A stretch of DNA of 64,000 nucleotides, taken from contig JBLNCN010000004.1 in assembly GCA_050260675.1 (NCBI GenBank), positions 3,211 through 67,210 of the forward strand. Reading direction: 5' to 3'. The position numbers were made by a program, and so were the translations under genes. Source of the stretch: Bacillota bacterium. GTDB lineage: Bacteria > Bacillota > Sulfobacillia > Fermentithermobacillales > Fermentithermobacillaceae. Each line of letters opens with the position of its first letter. The first letter of the stretch is position 1. A model generated the notes under the pieces. That model was given only the letters and a program-made list of their open reading frames with translations. It was not told the origin of the DNA and ran no database searches. Of the stretch, positions 20,577-30,747 are shown one piece after another.

Positions 20577-20792
20577 ATGCCGAGCATCAAGAAAGAGTAT
20601 CCGATACTTGAGTTCGACGGGTACAGCGACGCCCTGATCGATGCCAGCCGTTTCGTGAAGAAGGTAAATACCGGGGAGCATTGCGTCATCTGCTTCTTCC
20701 GGGAGGCGATTGAGAAAAAACTCCGTCTGGGACTCCTCCGTCAGTCTTGTGAGACACGAACACCGCCAACCACTACCGGGCACAAAAGGTAA
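20577..20792 (+). pseudogene. Truncated N-terminus of a nucleoside phosphorylase-family gene
   Basis: KEYPILEFD...ALI...HCVICFFREAI resembles the N-terminus of clostridial nucleoside phosphorylases; recognisable similarity stops near 20725; good GGAGG RBS. Confidence 0.6.
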
Positions 20793-20815
20793 GGACCCCC
20801 GATTCTGGGGGTCCT
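20792..20815. terminator. Intrinsic terminator downstream of fhs
   Basis: AGGACCCCC-GATTCT-GGGGGTCCT hairpin with a T-rich tail on the minus strand. Confidence 0.7.
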
Positions 20816-20885
20816 ATCGTTTCCGATTTGGAGCCTAGCGTCGCCGACTGGAATGCCGTCGGTACGCCGCTGACTGGGCTCCTGC

Positions 20886-22583
20886 CTAGAACAGTCCGAC
20901 TACCCGGCCCTTCTCGTCGAGGTCCATATGAGCTCCGGCGGGATCCGACGGAAGTCCGGGCATGGTCCTCATCTCGCCGAGGAGCGGGTACAGGAAGCCG
21001 GCGCCCATGGACGCCCTGACTTCGCGTACCGTAACCCTGAATCCACGCGGCCTGCCCTTGAGGTTGGGATCGGCCGAAAGCGACAAGTGCGTCTTCGCCA
21101 TGCAGATAGGCAGCTTGTCGAAGCCAAGCTTGGTGTAGCGCCTGATCTGTCTCTCAGCAACCGGCGTGTAGTCCACTCCGTCGGCGCCGTAGATCTTTCT
21201 GGCGATGGTCTCGATTTTCTCCTTGATGGGCATCTCGAGCGGGTACAGGTGCTTGAACTCCGAGGGCTTCTCGCAGGCCTCGATGACAGCCTTGGCCAGG
21301 TCTATTCCACCGGCGCCGCCGTCGGCCCATACCTTGGATACAACAGCTGAAGTGGCTCCGGCCTTCATGGCCCTATCCAGCACATACTGAACTTCCTTAT
21401 CGGTATCGGTCGGGAAGTGGTTCAGGGCCACGACCACGGGTACGCCGTGCATCCTCACGTTCTCGATCTGCTTGTCGAGGTTCTCGCAACCCTTGTCGAG
21501 GGCCTCCATGTTCTCCTTGGACAGCACCGCGGTGTCGAGGGGCTTGCCCGGGACGACGCGGAGGGCTCCGCCGTGCATCTTGAGGGCGCGGATGGTCGCC
21601 ACCAGAACGGCAGCGCTGGGCTTAAGGCCGCTGTAGCGGGTCTTAATGTTGAGGAACTTCTCGGCTCCGATGTCGGCGCCGAATCCGGCCTCTGTCAGCG
21701 TGTAGTCGGCGAGCCGGGTGGCCATCATATCGGCCAGGATGGACGAGTTGCCGTGCGCGATGTTGGCGAACGGACCGGCGTGCACGAACACGGGGGTGTT
21801 CTCAAGGGTCTGGATGATGTTCGGCTTGATGGCGTCCCTGAGCAGGACGGTCATGGCGCCGGCGCACTTCAGGTCTCCAGCTGTTACTGCCTCACCGTCG
21901 TAGGTGTAGCCGACGACGATGCGCTCGAGACGCTCGCGCAGGTCCTTCAGCCCGGTAGTAAGGGCGAGGATGGCCATAACTTCCGAAGCGACGGCGATGT
22001 CAAATCCGGTCTCCCGGGGGATGCCGTTCTCGGAGCCGCCGAGGCCGATTACGACCTTGCGGAGGGAGCGGTCGGAAACGTCGACCACCCTAGGCCAGGT
22101 GATCGACAGGGGATCCAGATGAAGCGGGTTCCCGTGAAGCAGGCTGGAGTCCATAAATGCGCCCAGCAGGTTGTGAGCCAGAGCAACGGCGTGGGTATCG
22201 CCGGTGAAATGGAGGTTGAAGTCCTCCATGGGAACGCACTGCGCGTAGCCGCCGCCTGCCGCGCCGCCCTTAATCCCAAAGACGGGGCCGAGAGATGGCT
22301 GCCTGATGGTATTGACGACCTTCTTGCCCAGCTGGCCCATGGCTTGACCAAGACCGATGCAAGTGGTGGTCTTGCCCTCGCCAAGGGGGGTCGGGGTGAT
22401 GGCTGTCACCACAACGTACTTGCCCTGTGGCCTGTCCTTTATGTAGTCCAGGAGCTCCAAACCAATCTTTGCCTTGTACTTGCCGTAGTTCTCAACCATG
22501 TCCGCAGGGATGCCAAGCCCGTCGGTAATCTGGTTGATCGGCAACATCTTCGCCGCTTGTGCGATTTCGATATCCGACTTCAC
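20886..22583 (-). CDS. fhs: Formate--tetrahydrofolate ligase
   Basis: MKSDIEIAQ, TPTPLGEGKTT, GIKGGAAGGGYAQ, HAGPFANIAHG, MPGLP. Confidence 0.98.
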   Translation of the reverse strand: MKSDIEIAQAAKMLPINQITDGLGIPADMVENYGKYKAKIGLELLDYIKDRPQGKYVVVTAITPTPLGEGKTTTCIGLGQAMGQLGKKVVNTIRQPSLGPVFGIKGGAAGGGYAQCVPMEDFNLHFTGDTHAVALAHNLLGAFMDSSLLHGNPLHLDPLSITWPRVVDVSDRSLRKVVIGLGGSENGIPRETGFDIAVASEVMAILALTTGLKDLRERLERIVVGYTYDGEAVTAGDLKCAGAMTVLLRDAIKPNIIQTLENTPVFVHAGPFANIAHGNSSILADMMATRLADYTLTEAGFGADIGAEKFLNIKTRYSGLKPSAAVLVATIRALKMHGGALRVVPGKPLDTAVLSKENMEALDKGCENLDKQIENVRMHGVPVVVALNHFPTDTDKEVQYVLDRAMKAGATSAVVSKVWADGGAGGIDLAKAVIEACEKPSEFKHLYPLEMPIKEKIETIARKIYGADGVDYTPVAERQIRRYTKLGFDKLPICMAKTHLSLSADPNLKGRPRGFRVTVREVRASMGAGFLYPLLGEMRTMPGLPSDPAGAHMDLDEKGRVVGLF

Positions 22584-22662
22584 TAGATACTCCCCTTTCC
22601 TTGCCGATGTCGATGGGCGGACTAGCCCGCATTAAGAAGAATATCACAATCCCGTAAACTAT

Positions 22663-22905
22663 CTACTGGGGGGTCTTGCACGATTGAAAGATCCAGGCGG
22701 CAATCACTCCGAGCACGATGAACACAAGGTCCGCCTTGCCCAGGCGAAACTTCTTGGGCGCTTCCTTCTTAACGACTTCGTCAGCCGCGGCATCCCCCAT
22801 CTGGGAAAGCCTCCACTCCTCATACTCCCGGTAGTGGGGACGAAGGTTCTTCTCAAGGTCGGCCTCGCGAGGACGCCCGAATGCACCCCGTTCTCTCTGG
22901 CTCAT
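22663..22905 (-). CDS. Small hypothetical protein with C-terminal TM
   Basis: 80 aa, hydrophobic LVFIVLGVIAAWIF, co-oriented between hutI and fhs. Confidence 0.55.
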   Translation of the reverse strand: MSQRERGAFGRPREADLEKNLRPHYREYEEWRLSQMGDAAADEVVKKEAPKKFRLGKADLVFIVLGVIAAWIFQSCKTPQ

Positions 22906-22990
22906 GTCTGCACCACCCTACCTATTCTTCCTCCACACGGACCGGGCAAGCCCTGCCGCAACGCTCCGGCCGCGTCGCCAAGAGCGCGGT

Positions 22991-24322
22991 TCACTGGCTT
23001 CGCCGCTGTCCCGCCGTATCCCTGTCCACATAGACGACCCTGCCGTTTTTGACCACAGTGCTGACCAGGTTGACTCCAAACCTGTACGGGATCTCTCCAT
23101 AGTGGGACGCGCGGAAGATGACCGCGTCTGCGGGATACCCGGGTGACAAAGACCCTGCCTTCCCACCAAGCCCCAAGGCCCAGGCAGCATTCCACGTTGA
23201 GGCAACAAAAGCCTCCTCCAGAGACATTCCCAGGGTCGAACACGCCAAAGTCATGGTGAGCGGCATGGACATGGCGGTTGATGTGCCTGGATTGAAGTCT
23301 GTCCCAATGGCGACGGCCACACCTGCATCCAGCATCCGGCGCGCCGGGGCTCCCGGATGCTTGCCCAGAAACGTGGAGGTCGCGGGCAAGAGCACCGCGA
23401 TAGTATTGCTGCCTGCCAGCGCTTCGATCCCCCGGTCACTGACCTTGATGAGGTGGTCGCACGAGACAGCGCCCAGCTCACAGGCCAGTTCAGTGGCGCC
23501 CGTCCACTCCAGTTCGTCGGCGTGGACCTTGAGTCCAAACCCCAGGTCGCGAGCCGCTTCCAAAATGGCACGGGTTTCCTCAAGCGTAAACGCCCCTGCG
23601 TCGCAGAAGACGTCCACGAACCTTGCCAGGTCGAGCCCCTTGACAGCCGGCAGCATGCTGATAACCTCTCGCACATAGCCGGCCTGATCGCCGCGGAATT
23701 CAGGCGGAACGGCGTGAGCGCCCAGGAAAGTGTTCACCACGCTCACAGCGTGGGACTCGGAACACCTGCGGGCAACGTGGAGCTGTTTGACCTCGTTCTC
23801 GGCGTCCAGGCCATAGCCGCTCTTGGCTTCGCAGGTGGTCGTCCCGAACGAGAGCATGGTATCAAGGAATCCGAAGGTCCGCCGTCCCAGTTCCTCATAT
23901 GACGCCGACCTGGTCGCCGCTACAGTGCTGTTTATGCCTCCGCCCTTGGCTGCGATCTCCAGGTAGGAGGCGCCCTGGCACCTCATCGAGTATTCCTCAT
24001 GGCGCCAGCCACCAAACACGAGGTGAGTGTGGGGATCGACGAAGCCGGGGCATACGACCCCTCGTCCGGCGTCGACCACGACGGCGTCGTCCTTCATCGG
24101 GATGCTGCGCAAGAGGTCCTCTTCGGGGCCGATGCCCACAACGACGCCGTTCCTGGCCGCGAGGCAAACATCTTCCAGGATCCCCAATTCCTTTGCGGCT
24201 GCTCCCCGCCTCGGCCGGTTCTCGCCGTCAAGGGTCAGGAGCTGACCGATGTTGCGGATCAGGAAGTCAGACTCCGGGAGGCCGGGCGGACGGCGCCCTG
24301 GCATTCCAAAGAGTCTCTCCAT
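22991..24322 (-). CDS. hutI: Imidazolonepropionase
   Basis: PGFVDPHTH, GGGINSTV, EAKSGYGL, HADEL, TDFNPG. Confidence 0.95.
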   Translation of the reverse strand: MERLFGMPGRRPPGLPESDFLIRNIGQLLTLDGENRPRRGAAAKELGILEDVCLAARNGVVVGIGPEEDLLRSIPMKDDAVVVDAGRGVVCPGFVDPHTHLVFGGWRHEEYSMRCQGASYLEIAAKGGGINSTVAATRSASYEELGRRTFGFLDTMLSFGTTTCEAKSGYGLDAENEVKQLHVARRCSESHAVSVVNTFLGAHAVPPEFRGDQAGYVREVISMLPAVKGLDLARFVDVFCDAGAFTLEETRAILEAARDLGFGLKVHADELEWTGATELACELGAVSCDHLIKVSDRGIEALAGSNTIAVLLPATSTFLGKHPGAPARRMLDAGVAVAIGTDFNPGTSTAMSMPLTMTLACSTLGMSLEEAFVASTWNAAWALGLGGKAGSLSPGYPADAVIFRASHYGEIPYRFGVNLVSTVVKNGRVVYVDRDTAGQRRSQ

Positions 24323-24373
24323 GCTCTGGACCCCCTCGCTTCAAATACTAGTCCTGTACTGGTCCTGCAGCAG

Positions 24374-25891
24374 TTAGCGAACCTCTGCGCCGGCCGCCTC
24401 CACCGCTCCGAGTAGCGCCCCGGATAGAATCAGGTCTCTGGCTCCGGTGATGTCCCCCGCCATCTCCCGGTCATTCTCGACAGGAGGGATCTTGAACCGC
24501 AGAAGGCTATATGCGGCGGCGCCGGCGGGGCTCAGCAACTCACGGTCCCAGAACTCCAGGGCCTGGCAGGCAGTCAGGTACTCGATGGCCAGTACGCTGG
24601 CTACATTTCCGGCGATGTCGCGGGCCTTTCTGGCGGCGGTAGTGCACATGCTCACGTGGTCCTCTTGCCCCGCGGACGTTGAAATCGTATCCACGCTGGA
24701 CGGATGGGCGAGGACTTTGCACTCGGAGCACAGGGAAGCGGCGGTGTACTGGATGATCATGAGCCCCGAGTTCAGCCCGCCGTGCTTGGTTAGAAATGCC
24801 GGCAAGCCCGACGAGGCAGGGTCCATGAGCCTGAAGGTCCTGCGCTCCGAAATGTTGGCCAGGCTGCAGAGAGAGAGCCCGAGATAGTCACCGGCAACGC
24901 CCAGGGGCTGTCCGTGGAAATTGCCCCCCGACACGACCCGGCCGTCCGGCAACACCAGCGGGTTGTCGGTGGCGGAGCCGCTCTCCAATTCGACCACCGA
25001 CCGGACGTGGTCCAGACACTGCCTGACTGCTCCGTGCACCTGGGGGATGCACCTTAGGGTATACGGGTCCTGGACCCGCACTTCTCCCGGCACAGTGGCC
25101 AGGCGTGAGCCGGAAAGCAGGGACCGCATGTTGGCGGATACGTCCCTCGCCCCGCAGTGCGGCCGTGCTTCCACGATGTGGGGGTCGAAAGCTGTGGTGA
25201 CTACAGACAGGGCTTGTCCCGATAGAGATGCAATCACGTCAGCGGAGCGGGCAAGCATGTAACCTGTGTTGATCGCAAGCCCCAGGACCGCCGCGGTGAT
25301 CTGAACGCCGTTGGTGAGAGCCAGTCCTTCTTTAGCATCCAGTTCAACGGGTGAGAGGCCCGCGCGCCGCAGGGCTTCGCCTCCGGGAAGGATTTCGCCG
25401 GCGAAACGGGCCAAGCCGCGACCGATGAGGACCAACGCGATATGGGACAAAGGGGCCAGATCCCCGCTTGCCCCGACCGAACCCTTTTGCGGGACCACGG
25501 GCGCGATCCCTTTGTTCAGCATCGCCACCAGCGTCTCCACTACGGCAGGCCTGACTCCCGACATCCCTTTGGCCAGAGCGTTGGCCCTAAGAAACATCGC
25601 AGCCCTTACCTCTTCGGGAGAGAAAGGCTCCCCGACCCCGACAGCGTGGCTCATAACCAGGTTTTGCTGTAGGGTCTTTATGTCGGCCCTGGAGATCGGC
25701 ACGTCGGCGAACTTCCCGAAACCAGTCGTTACTCCGTAGACTCTATCTTCGCGAGCCACCATATCCTCGACGATGCGGCGGGAGGCCGCTATCCGCATAG
25801 AGACCTCACCCGGTATGACGACTTCTGCCCCTTTTGCTACGTGGACGATCTCTTCAATGGACTTCGGACTCCCGTCAAGAACCACCGGCAT
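24374..25891 (-). CDS. hutH: Histidine ammonia-lyase
   Basis: YGVTTGFG, GSVGASGDLAPL (MIO ASG), QDPYTLRC, GGNFHG, QEDHVSM. Confidence 0.96.
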   Translation of the reverse strand: MPVVLDGSPKSIEEIVHVAKGAEVVIPGEVSMRIAASRRIVEDMVAREDRVYGVTTGFGKFADVPISRADIKTLQQNLVMSHAVGVGEPFSPEEVRAAMFLRANALAKGMSGVRPAVVETLVAMLNKGIAPVVPQKGSVGASGDLAPLSHIALVLIGRGLARFAGEILPGGEALRRAGLSPVELDAKEGLALTNGVQITAAVLGLAINTGYMLARSADVIASLSGQALSVVTTAFDPHIVEARPHCGARDVSANMRSLLSGSRLATVPGEVRVQDPYTLRCIPQVHGAVRQCLDHVRSVVELESGSATDNPLVLPDGRVVSGGNFHGQPLGVAGDYLGLSLCSLANISERRTFRLMDPASSGLPAFLTKHGGLNSGLMIIQYTAASLCSECKVLAHPSSVDTISTSAGQEDHVSMCTTAARKARDIAGNVASVLAIEYLTACQALEFWDRELLSPAGAAAYSLLRFKIPPVENDREMAGDITGARDLILSGALLGAVEAAGAEVR

Positions 25892-25918
25892 CTCCAGATC
25901 TCCTTTTCTTATTGAGGT

Positions 25919-27235
25919 CTACCGCTCGGAATTCGCCTTTGGGCCCGCCTTGTCCCTCACGATGGTCCTGACGGACCTCTCGGGAAGGAGCGCGTCAAAC
26001 TTGCGATTCACGTCCTCCAGGGTGAGCGCCCTGAGCGCCCGGCCATAGGAGAACACGTCGGTCCCGATGTCTTGCAGGTGAACGTGCATTTCGCCCACAG
26101 TGTCAAACGAGTCGAAGAGCGTATAGAACCGGCCTTCGGACGCTCGCTTGGCGCGCTCGAAGTCTTCCTCGATGACTCCTGTTTTCCGTACCCTCTCCAC
26201 TTCCTCCTGCACCCTGGCGGCAAGTTCCTCCGGGCGCGTGGTCTGCGCCGCCACTGATGCGTAGGCGTAATCGGGCCAAGACTCGTAGGATGAACTGATC
26301 TCGTCAACCAGTCCCTCTTCGTAGACCTTGCTGAAGAACTCGGAACTTCTGCCGAAGAGGATGTCCATGAGAATCGACGCCCCCAATTCTCCCCGGACCA
26401 GGGCGGCGGTGTCTTTGGCCGGTTCGTCCTTCCACGCGATCTGGACCATTGGGACAGGCACCGGCAGCGATACCTCGGCATCCTTCCCAACTTCGGCGGT
26501 CTCAGCAGGGCGCTTTCTGTCCACGACCTTCCCGGGCCCCTTGCGCGCATAGCGCCGGATGTACTCGCCCGCTGCCTGGAAAACCTCCTTGGGGTCCAGA
26601 TCCCCGGCCAGGTACAGGGCCATATTGGCTGGACGGTAGAAAGTCTCGTGGCAGAGGTACAGAAGGTCTTTGTTGATTGTGGCAATGGACTCTTCGGTCC
26701 CCGCTATGTCGATCCTGACCGGGTGGCGGAGATAGAGCGACTGCATGGTCTCCCTGACGAGCCGCGAGCCCGGATCGTCGTTGTACATGCGGATCTCCTG
26801 ACCGATGATCCCCTGTTCCCTTGCTACCGACTCACTGGTGAAATGAGGGGTCAAGGCCACATCGAAGAGGATCTCAAGCGACTCCTTCCAGGTATCCAAC
26901 GTCCAGAACAAGTAAGACGTGTAGTTGTTGCTGGTATACGCGTTGCCTGACGCCCCGAGCTTGGAAAACTCGGAGAAAGCCTCGCCCCACTCCTTCTCGA
27001 ACATCTTGTGCTCCAAGAAGTGGGCGATGCCCGGCGGGACTTCCACCTGGCGGCCGTCCGGAGAGACGAAAGCGTTGTCGTTGGAGCCGTAGTGGACGAA
27101 CATCTCGGCGTACTTGCGGCGAAAACCCGGCTTTGCCAGAACGTACACTCGGAGCCCGTCCACCGTGGTCGAGACTATCCGTTCCTTTACGAAGTCGTCG
27201 GAGAGAACAGCGACATCAGCCACTTGCGCCATCAT
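25919..27235 (-). CDS. ymfH: M16 zinc peptidase, catalytic subunit
   Basis: GIAHFLEHKMF (HxxEH), NAYTS, EQGIIGQEIRMYND. Confidence 0.88.
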   Translation of the reverse strand: MMAQVADVAVLSDDFVKERIVSTTVDGLRVYVLAKPGFRRKYAEMFVHYGSNDNAFVSPDGRQVEVPPGIAHFLEHKMFEKEWGEAFSEFSKLGASGNAYTSNNYTSYLFWTLDTWKESLEILFDVALTPHFTSESVAREQGIIGQEIRMYNDDPGSRLVRETMQSLYLRHPVRIDIAGTEESIATINKDLLYLCHETFYRPANMALYLAGDLDPKEVFQAAGEYIRRYARKGPGKVVDRKRPAETAEVGKDAEVSLPVPVPMVQIAWKDEPAKDTAALVRGELGASILMDILFGRSSEFFSKVYEEGLVDEISSSYESWPDYAYASVAAQTTRPEELAARVQEEVERVRKTGVIEEDFERAKRASEGRFYTLFDSFDTVGEMHVHLQDIGTDVFSYGRALRALTLEDVNRKFDALLPERSVRTIVRDKAGPKANSER

Positions 27236-28508
27236 CCTTTGCCCTTAGCGCGTAAACGGCCGCAAGTTTGACGTCCTGAGCGACCGCCACCACGTCGTCC
27301 TTGGTTACTCGCTCGATGCGCGAGACCAGCTCTTCCTCAGTAGCCGGCCCGCCCATGATCTCAGAAGTCAGGAAACGGCGCACCAGCGCGGACTGGGAGT
27401 CGCTCTCCGACCGGTAACGGCGGATGAGGCCCGCCTTGGTGAAGGCCATCTCCCTGTCCTCTATGTCGCCCCTCTTCATGGCCTCTACCTGTTCCTCAAT
27501 GAGGCCCACAACCTTCTCGCGGTTTACATCCAAGATGCCGGCAGTCGCCGTTACGAGCCCCCGCCACGAGTTCAGGGAGCTGTCTGCAAAGTAGGCCATG
27601 GAGTGCTTCTCGCGGACGTTCACGAACAACTTTGAGTGAGGGAACCCGCCCAGGATACCGTCGTACAGGATCATGGCCGGCATCCGGGGGTCTCTTTCAG
27701 TGACGCCGGTGCGGAATGCCGCGCAGAGTATGGTCTGATCCCCGGGGAGCGAGTCCTCGGCCATGACCGGCTTATCAGGCAGGGGAGGCGTCCGGACGTC
27801 CACAGGCTTTCCCGCCGTGTCCGAGCGCTTCCCCGGAAACTCGAGACTGGCTCGCTGCAGTATCCCGGCCAGTTCCTCCGCGCCGTCACCGATGGCGTAT
27901 ATGCTGATGGGGCAGATGGAGAGCTCATCTCGCCAAATCTCCCAGGTAGCCCTGGGGCTCACGGACGGCAGGTCTTCGAGCACGCCCCACGCGGGAAGCC
28001 CGCTGTCGTCTCCTTTGGACAGCTCCTCGATCATCCGGACCGTCGCGTAGCGTGGCCGGTGGTTGATGATGGAGAGGATGTCCCTCCGGTGCTCTTCCCG
28101 CTCAGTATCGAAGCGATCGGCAGGGTATGCTTCGCCATCGAGATAGGGGTTGGTCACAACATCCCAGATGAAGGCCATGGCCTTCCCCAGGCTCTGTCCC
28201 TCCAGGGACGGGACGTCCATGCCGAATCGCAACACTTGGGCCGGACCGATCTTGGTGGCGTCGGCCGACATGGTTGAGCCGTACATCCCCTCAAGGTGCC
28301 TTGCCAGGTCCCGAAGGGTGGGCAGGCGGCCCGTTCCGCGCTTAGCCAAGCGTGGTACCAGCGCAAGCGCCGTAACTGTCTCGCGCCGCAGCGGCGATAG
28401 GCAGAACACGTCGATCGAAAGCGTCTTCCACTTGTTCACAGGCAGGTACCGGTACTTGATCCCGGGGCCTACCTCTACGGTCAAAAACCTCTCTCCTGAC
28501 TCGACCAA
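27216..28508 (-). CDS. ymfF: M16 peptidase, non-catalytic subunit
   Basis: ILGGFPHSKLFVNVREKHSMAY; no HxxEH; overlaps the ymfH start. Confidence 0.85.
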   Translation of the reverse strand: MVESGERFLTVEVGPGIKYRYLPVNKWKTLSIDVFCLSPLRRETVTALALVPRLAKRGTGRLPTLRDLARHLEGMYGSTMSADATKIGPAQVLRFGMDVPSLEGQSLGKAMAFIWDVVTNPYLDGEAYPADRFDTEREEHRRDILSIINHRPRYATVRMIEELSKGDDSGLPAWGVLEDLPSVSPRATWEIWRDELSICPISIYAIGDGAEELAGILQRASLEFPGKRSDTAGKPVDVRTPPLPDKPVMAEDSLPGDQTILCAAFRTGVTERDPRMPAMILYDGILGGFPHSKLFVNVREKHSMAYFADSSLNSWRGLVTATAGILDVNREKVVGLIEEQVEAMKRGDIEDREMAFTKAGLIRRYRSESDSQSALVRRFLTSEIMGGPATEEELVSRIERVTKDDVVAVAQDVKLAAVYALRAKDDGASG

Positions 28509-28512
28509 ACGG

Positions 28513-29652
28513 TCACACCACCAGTTTTGTGTCGTCGCTAAGAAGGTTCCTGGGATAGGAGGTCAGGCTCCTCGCACCCCGCTCGGTGATGACGACGTCG
28601 TCCTCTATCCGCACCCCGCCCTTGCCGGGGATGTAGACGCCGGGCTCGATGGTGACCACTGACCCGACCGGAAGCGGCGTCGTATTGGAGGCCACCACAT
28701 AGGGGTCCTCGTGGACCTCCAGACCGAGCCCGTGTCCGGTCCTGTGGATGAAGTAGTCGCCATAGCCGTAGGACGCGATGACGTCCCGGGCCAGGGCATC
28801 AGCTTCCGCCCCGCTCATCCCCGGACGCAGCTTGGTCCGGGCGGTCTCCTGAGCCTCCAGGACCACGTTGTACACTCGCATCATCTCATCTGTCAGGTCA
28901 CCAACCGCGTACGTCCGAGTGATGTCGCCCCAGTAACCGTCCACCGAAACCGTCAGATCGAGCCAAGCAAGGTCTCCCTCGGCGATGCGCTTTGTGGACG
29001 TGCCCGCGTGCGGCAACGCTGTGTCGGGCCCGGTGGCAAGGGACATCCCCACCGCTTGCGCGCCACTTCGTTTCAGCTGCCGCTCGACTTCTCCTGCCAC
29101 CTCAGCGCCGGTTGTTCCCGGGACCAGCAGCCTCCGGGCGATGTCCACGCCCAGGTCGGCCAACGCGCACGCCTTCTCCATGCTCGCGATCTCGGCCTCA
29201 TCCTTTATCATGCGCATCTTCTTGAGGATTTCGCCTGCATCTACCCACGCGAATTGTCCTAAGGTGTTCCGTATCAGAGAGAACTCCAAAAGGCGCATGT
29301 TTCGGTGCTCGAACGCCCACTTGCCTACCATGGACGCTCCACCGAAGACCCTGGCATAGGCCGCGGCCGGGCCTTCCTCGTCTGAGAACGGCTCGACCCG
29401 GAAATTCAGCCTTACGCCCGCATCAAGAAGCGACGCGGATACAAGATCGCCTTTCCGCGCCTCGAGCTGGGGCATAAGGAAAGTCACTTCGCCGCTCTCG
29501 GTTATCACGCAAAGCGTCGGTCGCTCGGACAGGCCCATTCTAAGCCCGGTCATGTAGAAGAAATTGGGGCCGGGGACGAGGGCCATCCCGGTGAGCCCCT
29601 CCGCTTGGATCTCGTCCAAAAGGGTTCGCCAACGTTCTTTCTTCACTGCCAT
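28513..29652 (-). CDS. M24 Xaa-Pro dipeptidase/aminopeptidase
   Basis: LPH, D..GYWGDITRT, HRTGHGLGLEVHE, TIEPGVY, GVRIEDD. Confidence 0.92.
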   Translation of the reverse strand: MAVKKERWRTLLDEIQAEGLTGMALVPGPNFFYMTGLRMGLSERPTLCVITESGEVTFLMPQLEARKGDLVSASLLDAGVRLNFRVEPFSDEEGPAAAYARVFGGASMVGKWAFEHRNMRLLEFSLIRNTLGQFAWVDAGEILKKMRMIKDEAEIASMEKACALADLGVDIARRLLVPGTTGAEVAGEVERQLKRSGAQAVGMSLATGPDTALPHAGTSTKRIAEGDLAWLDLTVSVDGYWGDITRTYAVGDLTDEMMRVYNVVLEAQETARTKLRPGMSGAEADALARDVIASYGYGDYFIHRTGHGLGLEVHEDPYVVASNTTPLPVGSVVTIEPGVYIPGKGGVRIEDDVVITERGARSLTSYPRNLLSDDTKLVV

Positions 29653-29729
29653 ACCTCCCGAGAATTGACTGGGATCACTAAATTGGGGCCGCCGGCGGAG
29701 ATTGGTGCTCCGCGCCGTCATGCCGAGCG

Positions 29730-30497
29730 TCAGCTCCGCTTTGCAACAAAGTAGGCCCGAGAAGTCGACTTGTTAGCCGGCCTGAAAGAACACGAATCGT
29801 AGACTGCCAAGACCTCGAACTCCGATTCCTGCAGCCATGCTTTTACGTCCTCGATCGGGAACGCCCGCTCGCGGTGCACTTCATCAAACCTGGTCCATCC
29901 GTCTTGGCCTTTGCCAGGGGTCTTCAGGAAGCCGGTGAGCTTCACCCGCCAAAACTTGCGGGACGGGTCGTAGAGATCGCTCCAGATGAGGAAGTGGTCC
30001 GAGCCTTCGAACAGGTGGACCTCCTTCCTGATCATGGCCAGCCGCTGGGGAGTGTTGACATCGAAAACAAACATGCCGCCTAGCTTCAGCGCGCGGTGGA
30101 CGCACCGGAATGCCGCCTTGACGTCCTCCGGCTCGATCAGGTAGTTGAGGCTATCGAACACGCAGATCGCCGCATCGACAGGCTCCTTAAGGTTGAAGGA
30201 CCGCATATCGGCTTCCGCGAAATCCGCGTAGAGGCCCTCGTCGGAGAACTTCTTCCGGGCTATCTCCAGCATGGTAGCGGAACCGTCCACCCCGGTCACC
30301 TGGAGCCCCTTTTGGGCCAGGAGCAACGACATGTTGCCTGTGCCGCATGCCAGGTCGAGAACGCTCGTTGGGGAAAAGGAAAACCTGGACCAGACGCTGG
30401 CGATGTAGTCCATCCACATGCCGTAGGGGACGTCGGCCATGACCTGATCGTAGACCTCAGCGAATGACACGTAGGGCTTCTCTGAACGACGGGCCAC
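29730..30497 (-). CDS. Class I SAM-dependent methyltransferase (YqeM-like)
   Basis: FAEVYD, VLDLACGTG, DSLNYL, FVFDVNT; GTG start at 30497. Confidence 0.88.
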   Translation of the reverse strand: MARRSEKPYVSFAEVYDQVMADVPYGMWMDYIASVWSRFSFSPTSVLDLACGTGNMSLLLAQKGLQVTGVDGSATMLEIARKKFSDEGLYADFAEADMRSFNLKEPVDAAICVFDSLNYLIEPEDVKAAFRCVHRALKLGGMFVFDVNTPQRLAMIRKEVHLFEGSDHFLIWSDLYDPSRKFWRVKLTGFLKTPGKGQDGWTRFDEVHRERAFPIEDVKAWLQESEFEVLAVYDSCSFRPANKSTSRAYFVAKRS

Positions 30498-30747
30498 AGT
30501 CTCACCTGCCAAAAGGTAGTATTCTCCAGAAGGAAAGGGCAGTCCTCTCCCAATGGGAACAGGTGAGTTGTGCCAAGTTTCGACAGAGATGATCTCTCCG
30601 CCCGTGCGATTACCTTGCGTGTGATTACACGGCCGGTGCTGGGATGATACGGTACACCTGCATTCAACTCTCATTAAAATCCTGGTAAAGGCAATTTTGC
30701 CGCTGCAGGAACTATAGCTCATCAGGCAGAATAGAGCGTCGGGCGAG

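Noticed and set aside
21417-22586. 389-aa plus-strand ORF
   Set aside because: Antisense shadow of fhs.
25919-28508. M16 subunit lacking HxxEH as a possible pseudogene
   Set aside because: The YmfF/YmfH inactive-plus-active pairing is the normal arrangement.
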